The notes under the pieces: model-generated | What the model saw: the letters and a program-made list of their open reading frames with translations, nothing else | Told to the model about the DNA's origin: nothing | Databases searched by the model: none | Position numbers and translations under genes: made by a program | DNA from: Phycisphaerae bacterium | GTDB taxonomy: Bacteria; Planctomycetota; Phycisphaerae; JAAYCJ01 | NCBI GenBank assembly: GCA_041658725.1 | Contig: JBAZZQ010000001.1 | Coordinates: forward strand, 96,938-160,937 | Reading direction: 5' to 3' | Length of the DNA stretch: 64,000 nucleotides | Shown: piece after piece, positions 1 to 9,734 of the stretch | Layout of the letters: the number at the start of each line of letters is the position of its first letter | Numbering within the stretch: the first letter of the stretch is position 1

Positions 1-57
1 AGAGCAGGAACATCCCAACTTTTACTACAATTCCCAGATTATGTCGTTGTTTTTTCA

Positions 58-1080
58 TTAGTCGTTTCCAAAACGAACCACATTTTTATCCAAAAGGGTT
101 TCGTCAATGGGTTTTTCAATCATTTCCGCCGTCCGCAAGTTCACCGCTCGTTGGATCGAACCGGTGTATTGCAGACCGATGTTGTCCGTTTTTTTTCCTT
201 TGAGAAGTTCCTGAACTAATTCTCCGGTCTGCTTTCCCACCTCCGCGGTGTTACAATATTGTCCGGCGAAGCCCCCTGCCTTCACGACGCTTTCGGAAAA
301 GCCGAATACGACCTTTTTCTGTCGCATTCCCAGGAGCAATAGGGCGCGGACATTGGTGGAGTTGTAGATACCAACGTCGGGAAGCATCAAGACGGCGTCA
401 CAATCCTTTTGATCGAGTTCTTTAAAGGCGTCGGTAATTTTCTCCCGATCGGTCTGAATGGGTGTAACCTCAATGCCGGCTTTTCTCCCGGCATTTTGAA
501 TTGATTCGGAGGTTTTCCTTGTTCGCGGGCTGAAAAATACCCCGATATTTTTGATTTCAGGGGCTATTCTTTTAATCCACGCGATCTGTTCATCGGGATC
601 GATGTCGGTGGAAACCCCGGCGGGGGCGAATTGGTTTTTATTTTTTTCATCCCAGAAGGGAGCGTCCAGAACGTTGGGGATCATGCAAAAAACCATGGGG
701 ATTTTCGGATCGGATTGGCGGATGATGGCGACTGCCTGGGTCCCGACCCCAACGAACACTTGAGGTTTTATCCCACTCAGCCTGGCCAGTATCGTATTGT
801 CCTCCACGTTCTGGTCGGGTTTCGGTAATTCGACTAAAACGCACTTGCATTCCTGGGATTCCAGGAACTTTTGCATGGACAGGACGGCATCGCGATAACT
901 GGCCTGCGGTCCGTAGACAATTCCCACCGTGGGAGAGTTTTTGTCCTTAGCCCAGGAGAGTGCCGGGAAAAATATCAGGAGGGTAAGGCAGACGAAAACC
1001 AGTTTCCGAACTATCCGGTCTTTCGACCGGTCCCGGTTCCCCGAGGCGCCAAACCGAAATTTTCGCAGAACGCTCACCAT
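58..1080 (-). CDS. ABC transporter substrate-binding protein (COG2984/BMP-like periplasmic component), N-terminal signal/TM segment
   Basis: 340-aa ORF. Hydrophobic N-terminus (LVFVCLTLLIFFPALSWA), then a periplasmic-binding-protein-like alpha/beta fold resembling the 'ABC-type uncharacterized transport system, periplasmic component' family. Confidence 0.55.
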   Translation of the reverse strand: MVSVLRKFRFGASGNRDRSKDRIVRKLVFVCLTLLIFFPALSWAKDKNSPTVGIVYGPQASYRDAVLSMQKFLESQECKCVLVELPKPDQNVEDNTILARLSGIKPQVFVGVGTQAVAIIRQSDPKIPMVFCMIPNVLDAPFWDEKNKNQFAPAGVSTDIDPDEQIAWIKRIAPEIKNIGVFFSPRTRKTSESIQNAGRKAGIEVTPIQTDREKITDAFKELDQKDCDAVLMLPDVGIYNSTNVRALLLLGMRQKKVVFGFSESVVKAGGFAGQYCNTAEVGKQTGELVQELLKGKKTDNIGLQYTGSIQRAVNLRTAEMIEKPIDETLLDKNVVRFGND

Positions 1081-1281
1081 TTACGTTTTAAAACCACCCA
1101 TATAGGATATAGAAGATATGGTGAGTATCGGTTATAGATAAGCAAGGTCTTTATCTAATTTTCAAAAAAAGACTGCGGCAACACTACGAAATAATTTCAT
1201 TCTGTTCTGTTTTTCTTTCCGTTCTATTCAAGTGGAGCACAAAAGCTGTCTGTTCTGGAAATGCGCATGACTTTCAAATAA

Positions 1282-1722
1282 TTATTTCTCCACCGAGGCG
1301 AGAAGGCCTTCCTTTTTCAGAAACTCGGAAATCTTAATTTTCAGCATCGCGCGGACTTCGCGGAAGCCTGCGAGCTGGTCGTTGATTGAGCGTAGATTGT
1401 GCGGATCGGGAATGGACCAGTGGATTCGCGTTTTGGCGGGCAGGACGGGGCAGTTTCGGTCGGCGTGGTCGCAGAGGGTGATGGCGTAATCCAGGTCGCT
1501 GTCCAACTCATCCAAGCCTTTGCTCCATTGATCGGAAATGTCAATCCCGACTTCTGCCATAACCGCAATAGACTTTTTCGCCACGCCCATCGGGCTTAAT
1601 CCCGCGCTTTGCACGAGCAATTGATCACCGCCCAGTGCGCGGGCCAAGCCTTCCGCAATCTGGCTGCGAGCGGAATTACCGGAGCAAATAAAAGCCAACT
1701 TGATTTTTTTATGATCGGACAT
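1282..1722 (-). CDS. arsC: Arsenate reductase / low-molecular-weight protein-tyrosine phosphatase family (ArsC, thioredoxin-coupled type)
   Basis: 146 aa with N-terminal CX5R P-loop (LAFICSGNSARSQ) and a second Cys pair region (ITLCDHADRNCP), typical of LMW-PTP-type ArsC. Confidence 0.7.
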   Translation of the reverse strand: MSDHKKIKLAFICSGNSARSQIAEGLARALGGDQLLVQSAGLSPMGVAKKSIAVMAEVGIDISDQWSKGLDELDSDLDYAITLCDHADRNCPVLPAKTRIHWSIPDPHNLRSINDQLAGFREVRAMLKIKISEFLKKEGLLASVEK

Positions 1723-1744
1723 ATATTTCCTTGTAACAAATTTC

Positions 1745-1860
1745 TTTCTTTATAACCGTTCAGCCCTCCGCATTGTGCCACGGCTGGCTTGCCCAGCCGT
1801 GTCTTAAGAACACGGTCGAACAAGCCGACAGTGGCACAATGGAGGGGTCTGAACGATTAC
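1745..1860. repeat. Long imperfect palindromic intergenic element, copy A of a 3-member family (arms aaccgttcagcc...ggtctgaacgatt)
   Basis: Self-complementary ~50-nt arms seen directly. Shares the terminal motif ctgaacgRttac and the caagccg core with copies at 6650-6811 and 10110-10215. Confidence 0.6.
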
Positions 1861-1869
1861 TAATTTTTT

Positions 1870-3804
1870 CTATATCGTCTGCAATTTCGCCATTGTCTTG
1901 CTGAACAGTTCCTCCTGCATATTCGGCAAAAACAAAGCGAAGGTATATTCGTCCTGGAAGTTCGGATCGAGGTTCAGTTCGACGACCTTGGGTAAATCAA
2001 TTGTCTGGCGGAAGGTTTGCCAGACATTCCGGTCGATCATCGCCAAATACGCCCCTGCCAGCGAGCCGTTACCGATCACCACATATTTATGGAGGTCTAT
2101 TTCCGGCAGCAAGCCGATGGTAATCGCGTTTTCAATGTTGATATACTTGGCGAATCCCCCGGCCAGGTAAATATTTTCCAGGTCGTTAAACGTTTTGCCC
2201 GTCCGTTTGATTAAAAGGTTAAGGGCGGCGAAAATGGCGGCCTTGGCTTGCAAAAGAGTTTCAATATCTTTTTCGGTTACGGTAATTTCATGATCGGCGT
2301 CTTCGGTCTGGTCACGCTCCGCCACAACGTATTCGAGCATGAATTTGGCTCCCGATACCATCCGCAACCGTGGGCATTGATCTAGCATCTGCCTCTGGAA
2401 CCGACCGGAGTTGGTCACCAGACCCACACGGAATGCCTGGGCCAGAAAATCGATCAGACCGGACCCGCAAATCCCAACCGGCTTACCACCGCCGATAACT
2501 TTACAATGACATTTGTTACCTTTCTCGCCCAGAGTGATTTGTTCGATGGCTCCGACGCTGGCACGCATACCGTGAGAAATCCGTAACCCTTCAAAGGCCG
2601 GTCCCGCAGCACAGGCAGTAACCAAGACCTGTTTCCCATCGCTGACTGCGATTTCCCCGTTCGTTCCGATATCGATCATGAGGGCGAACTGATTCGTCTT
2701 CATCAGCCGCGAAGTTTCAATGTCGCTGACGATATCGCCTCCGACATAAGCGCTGATCGAGGGAACAATGTCCACCGGCGCATCGGGATAGATAGCAAGG
2801 TTCAAGTCCCTGGCACGATAAGTCCCAGGATCGCGGCACACAGGCTGAAATGGCACAACCCCGATTGGCGTCGGATCAATCGCCAAAAACAAATTCCACA
2901 TCACCGTATTTCCAGAAACGACCATTCGCATGATGTTATGACAATCAATATGGTGACGCTTGCACAACATTTGGATCAACGGGTTGATGGTCTGGTCGAT
3001 AATTAACCGCTGCATTTGGAGTAAACCCTCATCCGTTCCCGCGTAAACGATCCTGGCCGCCACGTCGTCCGCCTGCTGAATTTGCTGATTGTAGCAGGTA
3101 ACGGTATCGGTGATTTTTCCCTTGGCGATATCCACCAGAGAAACCGCCACCGTGGTGGTTCCGATATCGACAGCCAGACCGAAGCAATCCTTGTTCAATC
3201 CGTCTTTAATCGGCTCGACCGCCAATAATTCCCACCGATCATCAATCCACGCCAGGTAAATTTTTATATGATAATTCCCTTCCCTAACCGCCCAGGACAG
3301 CCGGCGAAAAGCGCTTAGACTCCCCCCGGACAATTCAATCTGGTGCTTTTCACGCAATTCCCGGCAGATATGTTCAAAATCGCCCCGGGCGTCTTCCAGA
3401 CTGGGTTTCGGGACGGTGAGTTTCATCTGACGGATCGCCGGATCAAAACCGGTGTATTCTTTAAGAATAAAATCAGCGACCACCCGTTCCCCGGTTTCCA
3501 CCAGCGATCGGCGGGGGATGGAAATTCGAAAAGGACCCTCCACAATTCGAGTCTTACAGCCATGAATCCGCGAAGGCTGACCGCCGCTAACGATAAAGTT
3601 TTGACCGTCATGCTGATAAACCCCTTCCAGCAGATCTACAGCGCAACCGCCGCATACCCCCTTCCCAGCACAACTGGTGTTTAAAATCAGACCGGCTTGC
3701 CGAACCACGTCGGTTACCAACGCACCTTCCGCCAGAGAAACTTTTATCTTTCCATGTCGATATTCAATTTCACCATTGATTTCCATTCGCACGTCCTTAA
3801 TCAC
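1870..3804 (-). CDS. ASKHA-domain (DUF4445) protein with N-terminal plant-type [2Fe-2S] ferredoxin domain (RACo-like reductive activator family)
   Basis: 644 aa. N-terminal Cys motif CAGKGVCGGCAV. A central/C-terminal sugar-kinase/Hsp70/actin-like fold (DIGTTTVAVSL, IDIGTNGEIAV) is characteristic of corrinoid-protein reductive activases. Confidence 0.65.
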   Translation of the reverse strand: MIKDVRMEINGEIEYRHGKIKVSLAEGALVTDVVRQAGLILNTSCAGKGVCGGCAVDLLEGVYQHDGQNFIVSGGQPSRIHGCKTRIVEGPFRISIPRRSLVETGERVVADFILKEYTGFDPAIRQMKLTVPKPSLEDARGDFEHICRELREKHQIELSGGSLSAFRRLSWAVREGNYHIKIYLAWIDDRWELLAVEPIKDGLNKDCFGLAVDIGTTTVAVSLVDIAKGKITDTVTCYNQQIQQADDVAARIVYAGTDEGLLQMQRLIIDQTINPLIQMLCKRHHIDCHNIMRMVVSGNTVMWNLFLAIDPTPIGVVPFQPVCRDPGTYRARDLNLAIYPDAPVDIVPSISAYVGGDIVSDIETSRLMKTNQFALMIDIGTNGEIAVSDGKQVLVTACAAGPAFEGLRISHGMRASVGAIEQITLGEKGNKCHCKVIGGGKPVGICGSGLIDFLAQAFRVGLVTNSGRFQRQMLDQCPRLRMVSGAKFMLEYVVAERDQTEDADHEITVTEKDIETLLQAKAAIFAALNLLIKRTGKTFNDLENIYLAGGFAKYINIENAITIGLLPEIDLHKYVVIGNGSLAGAYLAMIDRNVWQTFRQTIDLPKVVELNLDPNFQDEYTFALFLPNMQEELFSKTMAKLQTI

Positions 3805-4067
3805 TTAGAACGCAAGATTGTATCTTACTATAACGATTTCTTTCAATACTATATCTTTACAATACTGACACTATGACAGGTCCGCCACCAGAAAGGAGGG
3901 CAAAAATGACAATGTTTTTGTGTTCCTGGAATCAAATTGAAAATATCGCAGCTAACCTATTCCTGTGTAGTCACTTATGAAATGCCAAATTTAACTGAAA
4001 ACTGGTACATGATTTGCTCCAATACTCCTGCCAGGCCATTTTTTTTAGGAATACGGCAATGATGAAT

Positions 4068-4445
4068 ACTATGCCTATGGGAAGGGGCATAAAAATTTTG
4101 ATCGCCGACGACCCGGCCGACTGGATGCAAAGCTTCATCGAAGATTTGCACAAAAGCTCCGTCGATGCTTTTTTGGCCGCCAGTGAGCAGCAGGGTTTTG
4201 AGATCATCCGACGGGAACATGTAGACCTGGCGGTTATCGCGGGCGACAATCCCCGTGTCGGAGGTCTGGAGTTGGTCAGGCGAGTTCATTGGTACAGTGC
4301 GGAAGTGCCGGTTATTGTCCTCGGTGGCGAGATGAACTTACGCTGGCTTCAGGATGCCTTGAGGATCGGCGTCCGAACGATTTTGCCCAGACCGGTAAAT
4401 GCCGGCCGGCTTCTGGACACATGCGTGAAAATATTGGGTGTGTAA
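4068..4445 (+). CDS. Single-domain response regulator (CheY-like receiver)
   Basis: KILIADD...AVIAGDNPRVGGLELVRRV...VIVLGG pattern of a REC domain. The ORF begins at 4014 but a Met at 4068 better matches the receiver N-terminus. No output domain. Confidence 0.55.
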   Translation, partial: TMPMGRGIKILIADDPADWMQSFIEDLHKSSVDAFLAASEQQGFEIIRREHVDLAVIAGDNPRVGGLELVRRVHWYSAEVPVIVLGGEMNLRWLQDALRIGVRTILPRPVNAGRLLDTCVKILGV

Positions 4446-4526
4446 CTGACGAAATGGAAATTAGTCATTAGGAATTAGGATTTAGACATTTATTTTAAAG
4501 ATTTGTTTTGCATGAAAGGAGTACGT

Positions 4527-4814
4527 ATGAAAGTTAGACCTCTAGGCGAAAAAGTTTTGGTCAAACGGCTTGAAGCGGAAACAAAGACCAAAGGTGGAAT
4601 CGTGTTGCCGGATTCGGCCAAGGAAAAACCCAAACGCGGTAAAGTAGTGGCGGTGGGCGAAGGGAAGTTACTCGATGACGGCAAGCGATCTCAGCTTCAG
4701 GTGAAAAAAGGCGACGAAGTCATTTTCACCAGTTATGCCGGAACCGAAATCAAAATCGACGGCGACGAATTTATGATCATGGATGAAAACGACATCCTGG
4801 CCGTGGTTGAATAA
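4527..4814 (+). CDS. groES: Co-chaperonin GroES
   Basis: [44 protein letters not shown]... is canonical Cpn10. A GGAG RBS precedes the ATG. The ORF-track start at 4503 is probably too early. Confidence 0.9.
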   Translation: MKVRPLGEKVLVKRLEAETKTKGGIVLPDSAKEKPKRGKVVAVGEGKLLDDGKRSQLQVKKGDEVIFTSYAGTEIKIDGDEFMIMDENDILAVVE

Positions 4815-4855
4815 CAAACAAGAACAAGCATTTATTTTTTTAGGAGATTGAAAAT

Positions 4856-6544
4856 ATGGCAGCGAAAAAGTTGGCATTTGATACCGAAGCACGAGACGCC
4901 ATCCGCCGGGGCATCAAACAGTTGGCCCGGGCGGTCAAGGTTACGCTCGGTCCGTGCGGACGTAATGTCGTGATAGAAAAATCCTACGGAGCGCCCACGG
5001 TAACCAAAGACGGAGTCACCGTCGCCAAGGAAGTGGAACTGGACGACGCCTACGAAAATATGGGCGCACAGATGGTCAAGGAAGTGGCCTCCAAAACCTC
5101 GAACATCGCCGGAGACGGCACGACGACCGCTACGATCCTCGCCGAAGCGATTTTCGATGAAGGTCTTAAAAACGTGGCCGCAGGGGCCAACGGTATGGAT
5201 ATCAAACGCGGCATCGACAAAGCCGTCGAAGCCGTAGTGGCCGAACTCAAGAAAATGTCGGTCAAGGTCGAATCCGAAAAGCAGATCGCACAGGTCGCGA
5301 CCTGCGCCGCCAACCAGGACCAGGAAATCGGCAACGAGATCGCCCAGGCTATGCAGAAGGTCGGAAAAGACGGAGTGATCACAGTCGAAGAAGGTAAGTC
5401 CCTGGACACCGTGGTGGACCTGGTGGAAGGAATGCAGTTCGACCGCGGATACATCAGCCCGCATTTCATCACCGACCCGGAAAATATGCAGGTCGTCATG
5501 GAAAAGGCTTTCATTTTGATCTACGAAAAGAAGCTCTCTTCCGCCAAGGATTTAATTCCAGTTCTGGAAAAGGTAGCCAAGGCCGGAAGACCCCTGCTCA
5601 TCATCGCCGAAGATATCGAAGGTGAAGCACTGGCCATGCTCGTCGTCAACCGCCTCCGCGGTATCCTCCAGTGCTGTGCGGTAAAAGCTCCCGGATTTGG
5701 CGATCGACGAAAATCCATGATGGATGACATCGCCGTCCTGACCAATGGCAAAGCGATTTTTGAAGATCTCGGGATCAAGCTCGAAAGTATCGAGCTGACG
5801 GACCTGGGAACCGCAAAGACGATCAAAATCGATAAGGAAAATACCACCCTCATCGAAGGCGGCGGAAAGCATGAAGCCATCAAAGGCCGCATCGAGCAAA
5901 TCAAAAACGAAATCGACAAGACCACCAGCGACTACGATCGTGAAAAACTCGAAGAGCGGCTGGCCAAGCTGGCCGGTGGTGTGGCTCAGGTGAAAGTCGG
6001 AGCCGCCACTGAAGTCGAAATGAAAGAGAAAAAGGCACGGGTCGAAGACGCCCTGCACGCGGCCCGCGCTGCCGTCGAAGAAGGCGTATTGCCCGGCGGC
6101 GGAGTGGCCATCCTGCGATGCCTGAAGGTCATCGACAAATTGAAACTCACCGGTGACCAGAAGACCGGTGCCGAGATCGTTAAACGGGCGATGACGGCCC
6201 CGATCAAGCAGATCGCCGAAAACGCCGGTCTGGATGGCTCCATCATTTGTCAAAAGGTCATGGAAAATACCGACAATCCGAATTTCGGTTACGACGCACT
6301 GGCTGGCAAGTATGGCGACATGATGGCCTTCGGCGTGATCGTTCCGACCAAGGTCGAGCGGATCGCCCTCCAGAACGCTGCCAGTATCGCCGGTTTACTG
6401 CTGACCACCAGTTGCGTGGTGGCGGAAATCCCCGAAGAAAAGAAAGCCCCGATGCCCGGTGGCGGCGGCCACGGCGGTGGAATGGGTGGCATGGGAGGTA
6501 TGGGCGGCATGGGTGGCATGGGCGGAATGCCTGGTATGATGTAA
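4856..6544 (+). CDS. groEL: Chaperonin GroEL
   Basis: 562 aa with canonical Cpn60 sequence throughout, including the C-terminal GGM repeat tail ([19 protein letters not shown]). Confidence 0.95.
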   Translation: MAAKKLAFDTEARDAIRRGIKQLARAVKVTLGPCGRNVVIEKSYGAPTVTKDGVTVAKEVELDDAYENMGAQMVKEVASKTSNIAGDGTTTATILAEAIFDEGLKNVAAGANGMDIKRGIDKAVEAVVAELKKMSVKVESEKQIAQVATCAANQDQEIGNEIAQAMQKVGKDGVITVEEGKSLDTVVDLVEGMQFDRGYISPHFITDPENMQVVMEKAFILIYEKKLSSAKDLIPVLEKVAKAGRPLLIIAEDIEGEALAMLVVNRLRGILQCCAVKAPGFGDRRKSMMDDIAVLTNGKAIFEDLGIKLESIELTDLGTAKTIKIDKENTTLIEGGGKHEAIKGRIEQIKNEIDKTTSDYDREKLEERLAKLAGGVAQVKVGAATEVEMKEKKARVEDALHAARAAVEEGVLPGGGVAILRCLKVIDKLKLTGDQKTGAEIVKRAMTAPIKQIAENAGLDGSIICQKVMENTDNPNFGYDALAGKYGDMMAFGVIVPTKVERIALQNAASIAGLLLTTSCVVAEIPEEKKAPMPGGGGHGGGMGGMGGMGGMGGMGGMPGMM

Positions 6545-6600
6545 GATAAGAGACGATAAAAAGAGTTTTGTAAAAAATTCTCTTTGTATCTTTAATAAAC

Positions 6601-6650
6601 GGAGCAAACCTTTCGTTCTCCTTTTGGTTTGCTCCGTTTTCTTTTTTGCT
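6601..6650 (+). terminator. Rho-independent terminator downstream of groEL
   Basis: Stem ggagcaaacc/ggtttgctcc followed by gttttcttttttg. Confidence 0.7.
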
Positions 6651-6811
6651 GTAACCATTCAGGCCTAGGACCTCTCCCGTGATTATTGTCTCTCTTTTAT
6701 AATTGTCCGGTCAAGCCGGACAATCCAGTCCTTTTTTTCGTGTCCGGTAGAGCACCCCTGGATCGTCCGGTAAGCCGGATGATGACAATGAGGGTGGTCT
6801 GAACGGTTACT
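6650..6811. repeat. Palindromic intergenic element, copy B (arms gtaaccattcaggcc...ggtctgaacggttac) enclosing two caagccgga hairpins
   Basis: Outer arms are reverse complements. The internal hairpins ttgtccggtcaagccggacaa and tccggtaagccgga are related to the cores of copies A and C. Confidence 0.5.
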
Positions 6812-6879
6812 TTTTACGCAATTTCGAAATTGATATTCCAAAATCTTTGGTATAATTGGCGCAAAACGGGAGGTGAAAA

Positions 6880-7390
6880 TTGTTATCTGTACCAAAATAC
6901 GCGCTCGGAATGGTCGGCCTGGGAGTCATGGGTCGAAACTTATTATTGAATATGGCTGAGCACGGTTACTCGGTGGCGGGATATGACACGGACCTTGAGA
7001 AAGTTCAAGCTCTGAACACTGAAGGTCATGGCCGCGATGTTCAAGGGGTCAAAAGCATCGAGGAATTGGTGAAATTAAAGCGTTCCCCGACCCATCATCC
7101 TACTGGTCCCCGCCGGTGGACGCGGTCATCCGGGAATTTTGACAATATCTCCAGCCGGGTAACGTGATCATCGACGGCGGCAATTCGCACTTTGTCGATA
7201 CCGACCGACGGCAAAAAATGCTTTCTGAAAACCGAATCGATTTTCTCGGTGGGGGGATCTCCAGCGGTGAATACGGTGTCCGGCACGGCCCCAGCCTCAT
7301 GACCAGGGGAACTTGACAAGCTTACGAAAAAGATCAAACCCATCCTTGAAGCGGTCGCTACAAAAGTCGAGCTAGACAGGTTTGGCAAAA
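6880..7390 (+). pseudogene. gnd: Decayed 6-phosphogluconate dehydrogenase (gnd) N-terminal remnant with multiple frameshifts, truncated after ~170 codons
   Basis: MGLGVMGRNLLLNMAEHGY is the Gnd NAD(P)-binding N-terminus. Downstream Gnd-like segments (PRPIILLVPAGG, PVDAVIREF, GNVIIDGGNSHF, FLGGGISSGEYG, GPSLM) appear in three different frames with in-frame stops. The remaining ~300 codons are absent. Confidence 0.6.
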
Positions 7391-7402
7391 TTGAATGTTA
7401 AA

Positions 7403-7436
7403 TTCATTCTAACATTCTTGAGAATGATAGAATGAT
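7403..7436. repeat. 34-bp palindromic element (attcattctaacattcttgagaatgatagaatga), left copy flanking the ArsR-family gene
   Basis: Near-perfect dyad ttctaacattc-NN-gaatgttagaa. A second copy lies at 7831-7864. Confidence 0.7.
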
Positions 7437-7491
7437 GCTTCCTCCAAATTTACTTCTGAGGGTAGTTATTTTTATCTAATTTTGAAGGCCT

Positions 7492-7764
7492 CTATCGGAT
7501 TTTTTTTAAGAACATCAGAATATTACTCCCGCGATCGGTCAATTTGTGACGAATACTTTTTCCGTCGGAACGTTTCATCACCAGACCGGAAATAGCCAAA
7601 CGCTTTGTATGCGCGGATATTGTCTTAAAGTTGACTCTGAGGTTTTCCGCGATCTCATCCACAGAAAGTTCAGGATTATTTTCCAAAAGGTGCATAATCT
7701 GTATTCTCCGATGGTTGGCATATCCTTTAGTCACACCTTCAAGTCGTCGAAAATTTTCCATCAA
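7492..7764 (-). CDS. ArsR/SmtB-family winged-helix transcriptional regulator
   Basis: 90 aa. HRRIQIMHLLENNPELSVDEIAENLRVNFKTISAHTKRLAISGLV matches the ArsR HTH signature. Confidence 0.7.
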   Translation of the reverse strand: MMENFRRLEGVTKGYANHRRIQIMHLLENNPELSVDEIAENLRVNFKTISAHTKRLAISGLVMKRSDGKSIRHKLTDRGSNILMFLKKIR

Positions 7765-7830
7765 TTCAAAACCTCGTTAAAATATATTTTGCGTATTATT
7801 GACCCATAAATACGATGATTTGTCAAGGGT

Positions 7831-7864
7831 ATTCATTCTAACATTCTCAAGAATGTTAGAATGA
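7831..7864. promoter_or_regulatory. Second copy of the 34-bp palindrome, ~70 bp upstream of the ArsR-family gene start (candidate operator)
   Basis: attcattctaacattctcaagaatgttagaatga. It differs from the 7403 copy only at the dyad centre and one arm position. Confidence 0.5.
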
Positions 7865-8060
7865 CTTAACTGAATAAAAACGTTCTTCTGATCCCTTCGG
7901 TGCGATCATAGGCAGCGCCTACGAAATATCTTACCTACCCAACACAGTGCCGGATAACTTACTAACCTCTCTCCAGATCAGCATGAGACAAGAGAACTTC
8001 ACCCATAGATCGCTTTGGACTTAACGTGCAAGAATATGCACAAACGTTTTTGTCTGTCCA

Positions 8061-8471
8061 TTGAATATGAAACCGAATAAAATATCTTTTATAGATTACC
8101 GTGGAAAGGACGCCGATATGAAACTAACCGAAATCGCCCGGGAACTTGATCTTGAACCGCTAACGCCTGAAATTCTTTCCGATGCTTCACCGGATATTAC
8201 GGCTGGGTATGTGTCCGATCTATTAAGCGACGTTTTGGCTCATGCCCCCGCGCAGGGGGTTCTGGTCACGGTCCAGGTCCACATGAACGTGATCGCCGTG
8301 GCGGTGCATGCGAATTTGACGGCCGTGATCTTCGCCGCAGATCGCCGACCCGAACCACCGGTCATCGAAAAGGCGATGGCGGAAAAAATTACCCTCTTTG
8401 TTTCGAAAGATTCCTCGTTTGCAATCGTCGGTAAGTTGTATTCTATGGGATTGCGAGGACCTTGTGCGTGA
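8061..8471 (+). CDS. DRTGG domain-containing protein (hydrogenase-cluster accessory protein)
   Basis: 136 aa with the DRTGG-like core. Order is as in known hydABC-associated DRTGG/PHP/ATPase trios. Confidence 0.55.
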   Translation: MNMKPNKISFIDYRGKDADMKLTEIARELDLEPLTPEILSDASPDITAGYVSDLLSDVLAHAPAQGVLVTVQVHMNVIAVAVHANLTAVIFAADRRPEPPVIEKAMAEKITLFVSKDSSFAIVGKLYSMGLRGPCA

Positions 8472-9205
8472 AACGCTTCCTGGCCGATCTGCACATCCAT
8501 ACCGCTCTTTCACCTTGTGCATCAGAGGAAATGACTCCGCCTGCCATCGTAACAGAATCGATCGGCCTGGGTTTACACCTGATCGCCATTTGCGATCATA
8601 ATTCGACGGGTAATATTTCCGCTGTTCAAAAAGCCGCCGGGAATAAAATCGTCGTGCTGGCGGGAATTGAAATCACGACAGCGGAGGAGGTTCACATCCT
8701 CGGTATCTTTCCAGATCCGCTATCCGCCTCCGCCGTCGGCAAAAAAGTGCTTGCCACTCTTCCCGAATCGACCAATGCGTCGCGAGGGTTCGGAGAGCAA
8801 CTTTTAATGGACGAAACCGGCAAGGTCCTCGCCACGGAAAACAAGATTCTTTCTTTCGCGTCGTCTTTCACTTTATCCCAGACTGTAAAACTGATCAAAG
8901 ATTATAAGGGTCTTGTCATCGCCTCGCACATAGATCGGCCGTCCTACAGCGTGCTAAGCCAGCTCGGAATTTTTCCCAATAACGCCGGATTCGACGCGGT
9001 TGAAGTCTCACCCGCGGGTTTGGCGTCGTCGCGTGCCGCGATCTACTCCGCTCCGGGTCTGCCCATCGTTACCTCCTCCGACAGCCACGACCTGACGACC
9101 ATCGGCACCTGCTACTCCATGCTCGAAATGAAAAAACCGACCTTTGAAGAACTGGCCCTGACGCTTAAAGGCATCGGCGAGCGGAGGATTTACAACAGTG
9201 CGTGA
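8462..9205 (+). CDS. PHP-domain (polymerase/histidinol-phosphatase-like) metal-dependent phosphoesterase
   Basis: LADLHIHTALSPCASE...IAICDHNS...IASHIDRP motifs of the PHP fold. Overlaps the DRTGG gene by 10 nt, consistent with translational coupling. Confidence 0.65.
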   Translation: MCVKRFLADLHIHTALSPCASEEMTPPAIVTESIGLGLHLIAICDHNSTGNISAVQKAAGNKIVVLAGIEITTAEEVHILGIFPDPLSASAVGKKVLATLPESTNASRGFGEQLLMDETGKVLATENKILSFASSFTLSQTVKLIKDYKGLVIASHIDRPSYSVLSQLGIFPNNAGFDAVEVSPAGLASSRAAIYSAPGLPIVTSSDSHDLTTIGTCYSMLEMKKPTFEELALTLKGIGERRIYNSA

Positions 9206-9734
9206 CCTATCCCTTCACATCCTCGACTTGATCGAAAACTCCATCCGAGCCCAAGCCACCATCGTGGCCGTCACCGTCGAGCAAAACACCCAAAAAAATA
9301 TTTTACGAATCGTCATCGAAGACAACGGCCCAGGTTTAAGCATCACCCCCGAGCAGGCCACCGATCCCTTTTATACCACCAAAGAAGGCAAACGCACCGG
9401 CCTGGGTCTGAGCCTGTTTCGCACCACGGCAGAACTTGCCGGCGGAACGCTCACCCTCGCAAAATCAAATTTAGGCGGTTTGGCCGTCGAAACTGTCATG
9501 GAATTAAATCACATTGACCGCCGTCCCCTCGGCGATCTTTCCGCCACCTTCTTTACCATCGCCTGCACCAACCCCAAAATCGACCTCTGGTGCCGATTGA
9601 TTACCGACAATCAAAATCACCTCGTGAAACTTTCCGAGATCGCCGGCGAGCTTTTCCACGAAAAACAAAATTGCTTCGCCATTGCCCAAAAATTTTCTGA
9701 AAAAATCAAAAATAAGCTGTCAATTCTTGCTTGA
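9198..9734 (+). CDS. GHKL/HATPase_c-type ATP-binding protein (histidine-kinase-like ATPase, no sensor or DHp domain)
   Basis: HILDLIENSIRAQAT...IVIEDNGPGL...GLGLSL are the N, G1 and G2 boxes of a Bergerat fold. Overlaps the PHP gene by 8 nt. Confidence 0.6.
   Translation: MRDLSLHILDLIENSIRAQATIVAVTVEQNTQKNILRIVIEDNGPGLSITPEQATDPFYTTKEGKRTGLGLSLFRTTAELAGGTLTLAKSNLGGLAVETVMELNHIDRRPLGDLSATFFTIACTNPKIDLWCRLITDNQNHLVKLSEIAGELFHEKQNCFAIAQKFSEKIKNKLSILA

Noticed and set aside
4440-4530. Search for a CIRCE (TTAGCACTC-N9-GAGTGCTAA) HrcA operator upstream of groES
   Set aside because: No match to the CIRCE inverted repeat is present in the 80 nt upstream of groES, so no regulatory call is made.
5552-6253. 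233-aa and other long ORFs antisense to groEL (also 4832-5464, 5050-5514, 5986-6246, 6247-6549)
   Set aside because: They lie entirely within the strongly supported groEL CDS on the opposite strand or in alternative frames. Their compositionally biased, low-complexity translations are typical of GC-rich antisense artefacts.
6421-6544. Tandem GGM/GGMGGM repeat at the 3' end of groEL as a possible microsatellite or novel repeat
   Set aside because: This is the normal Gly-Gly-Met C-terminal tail of GroEL proteins and not an independent element.
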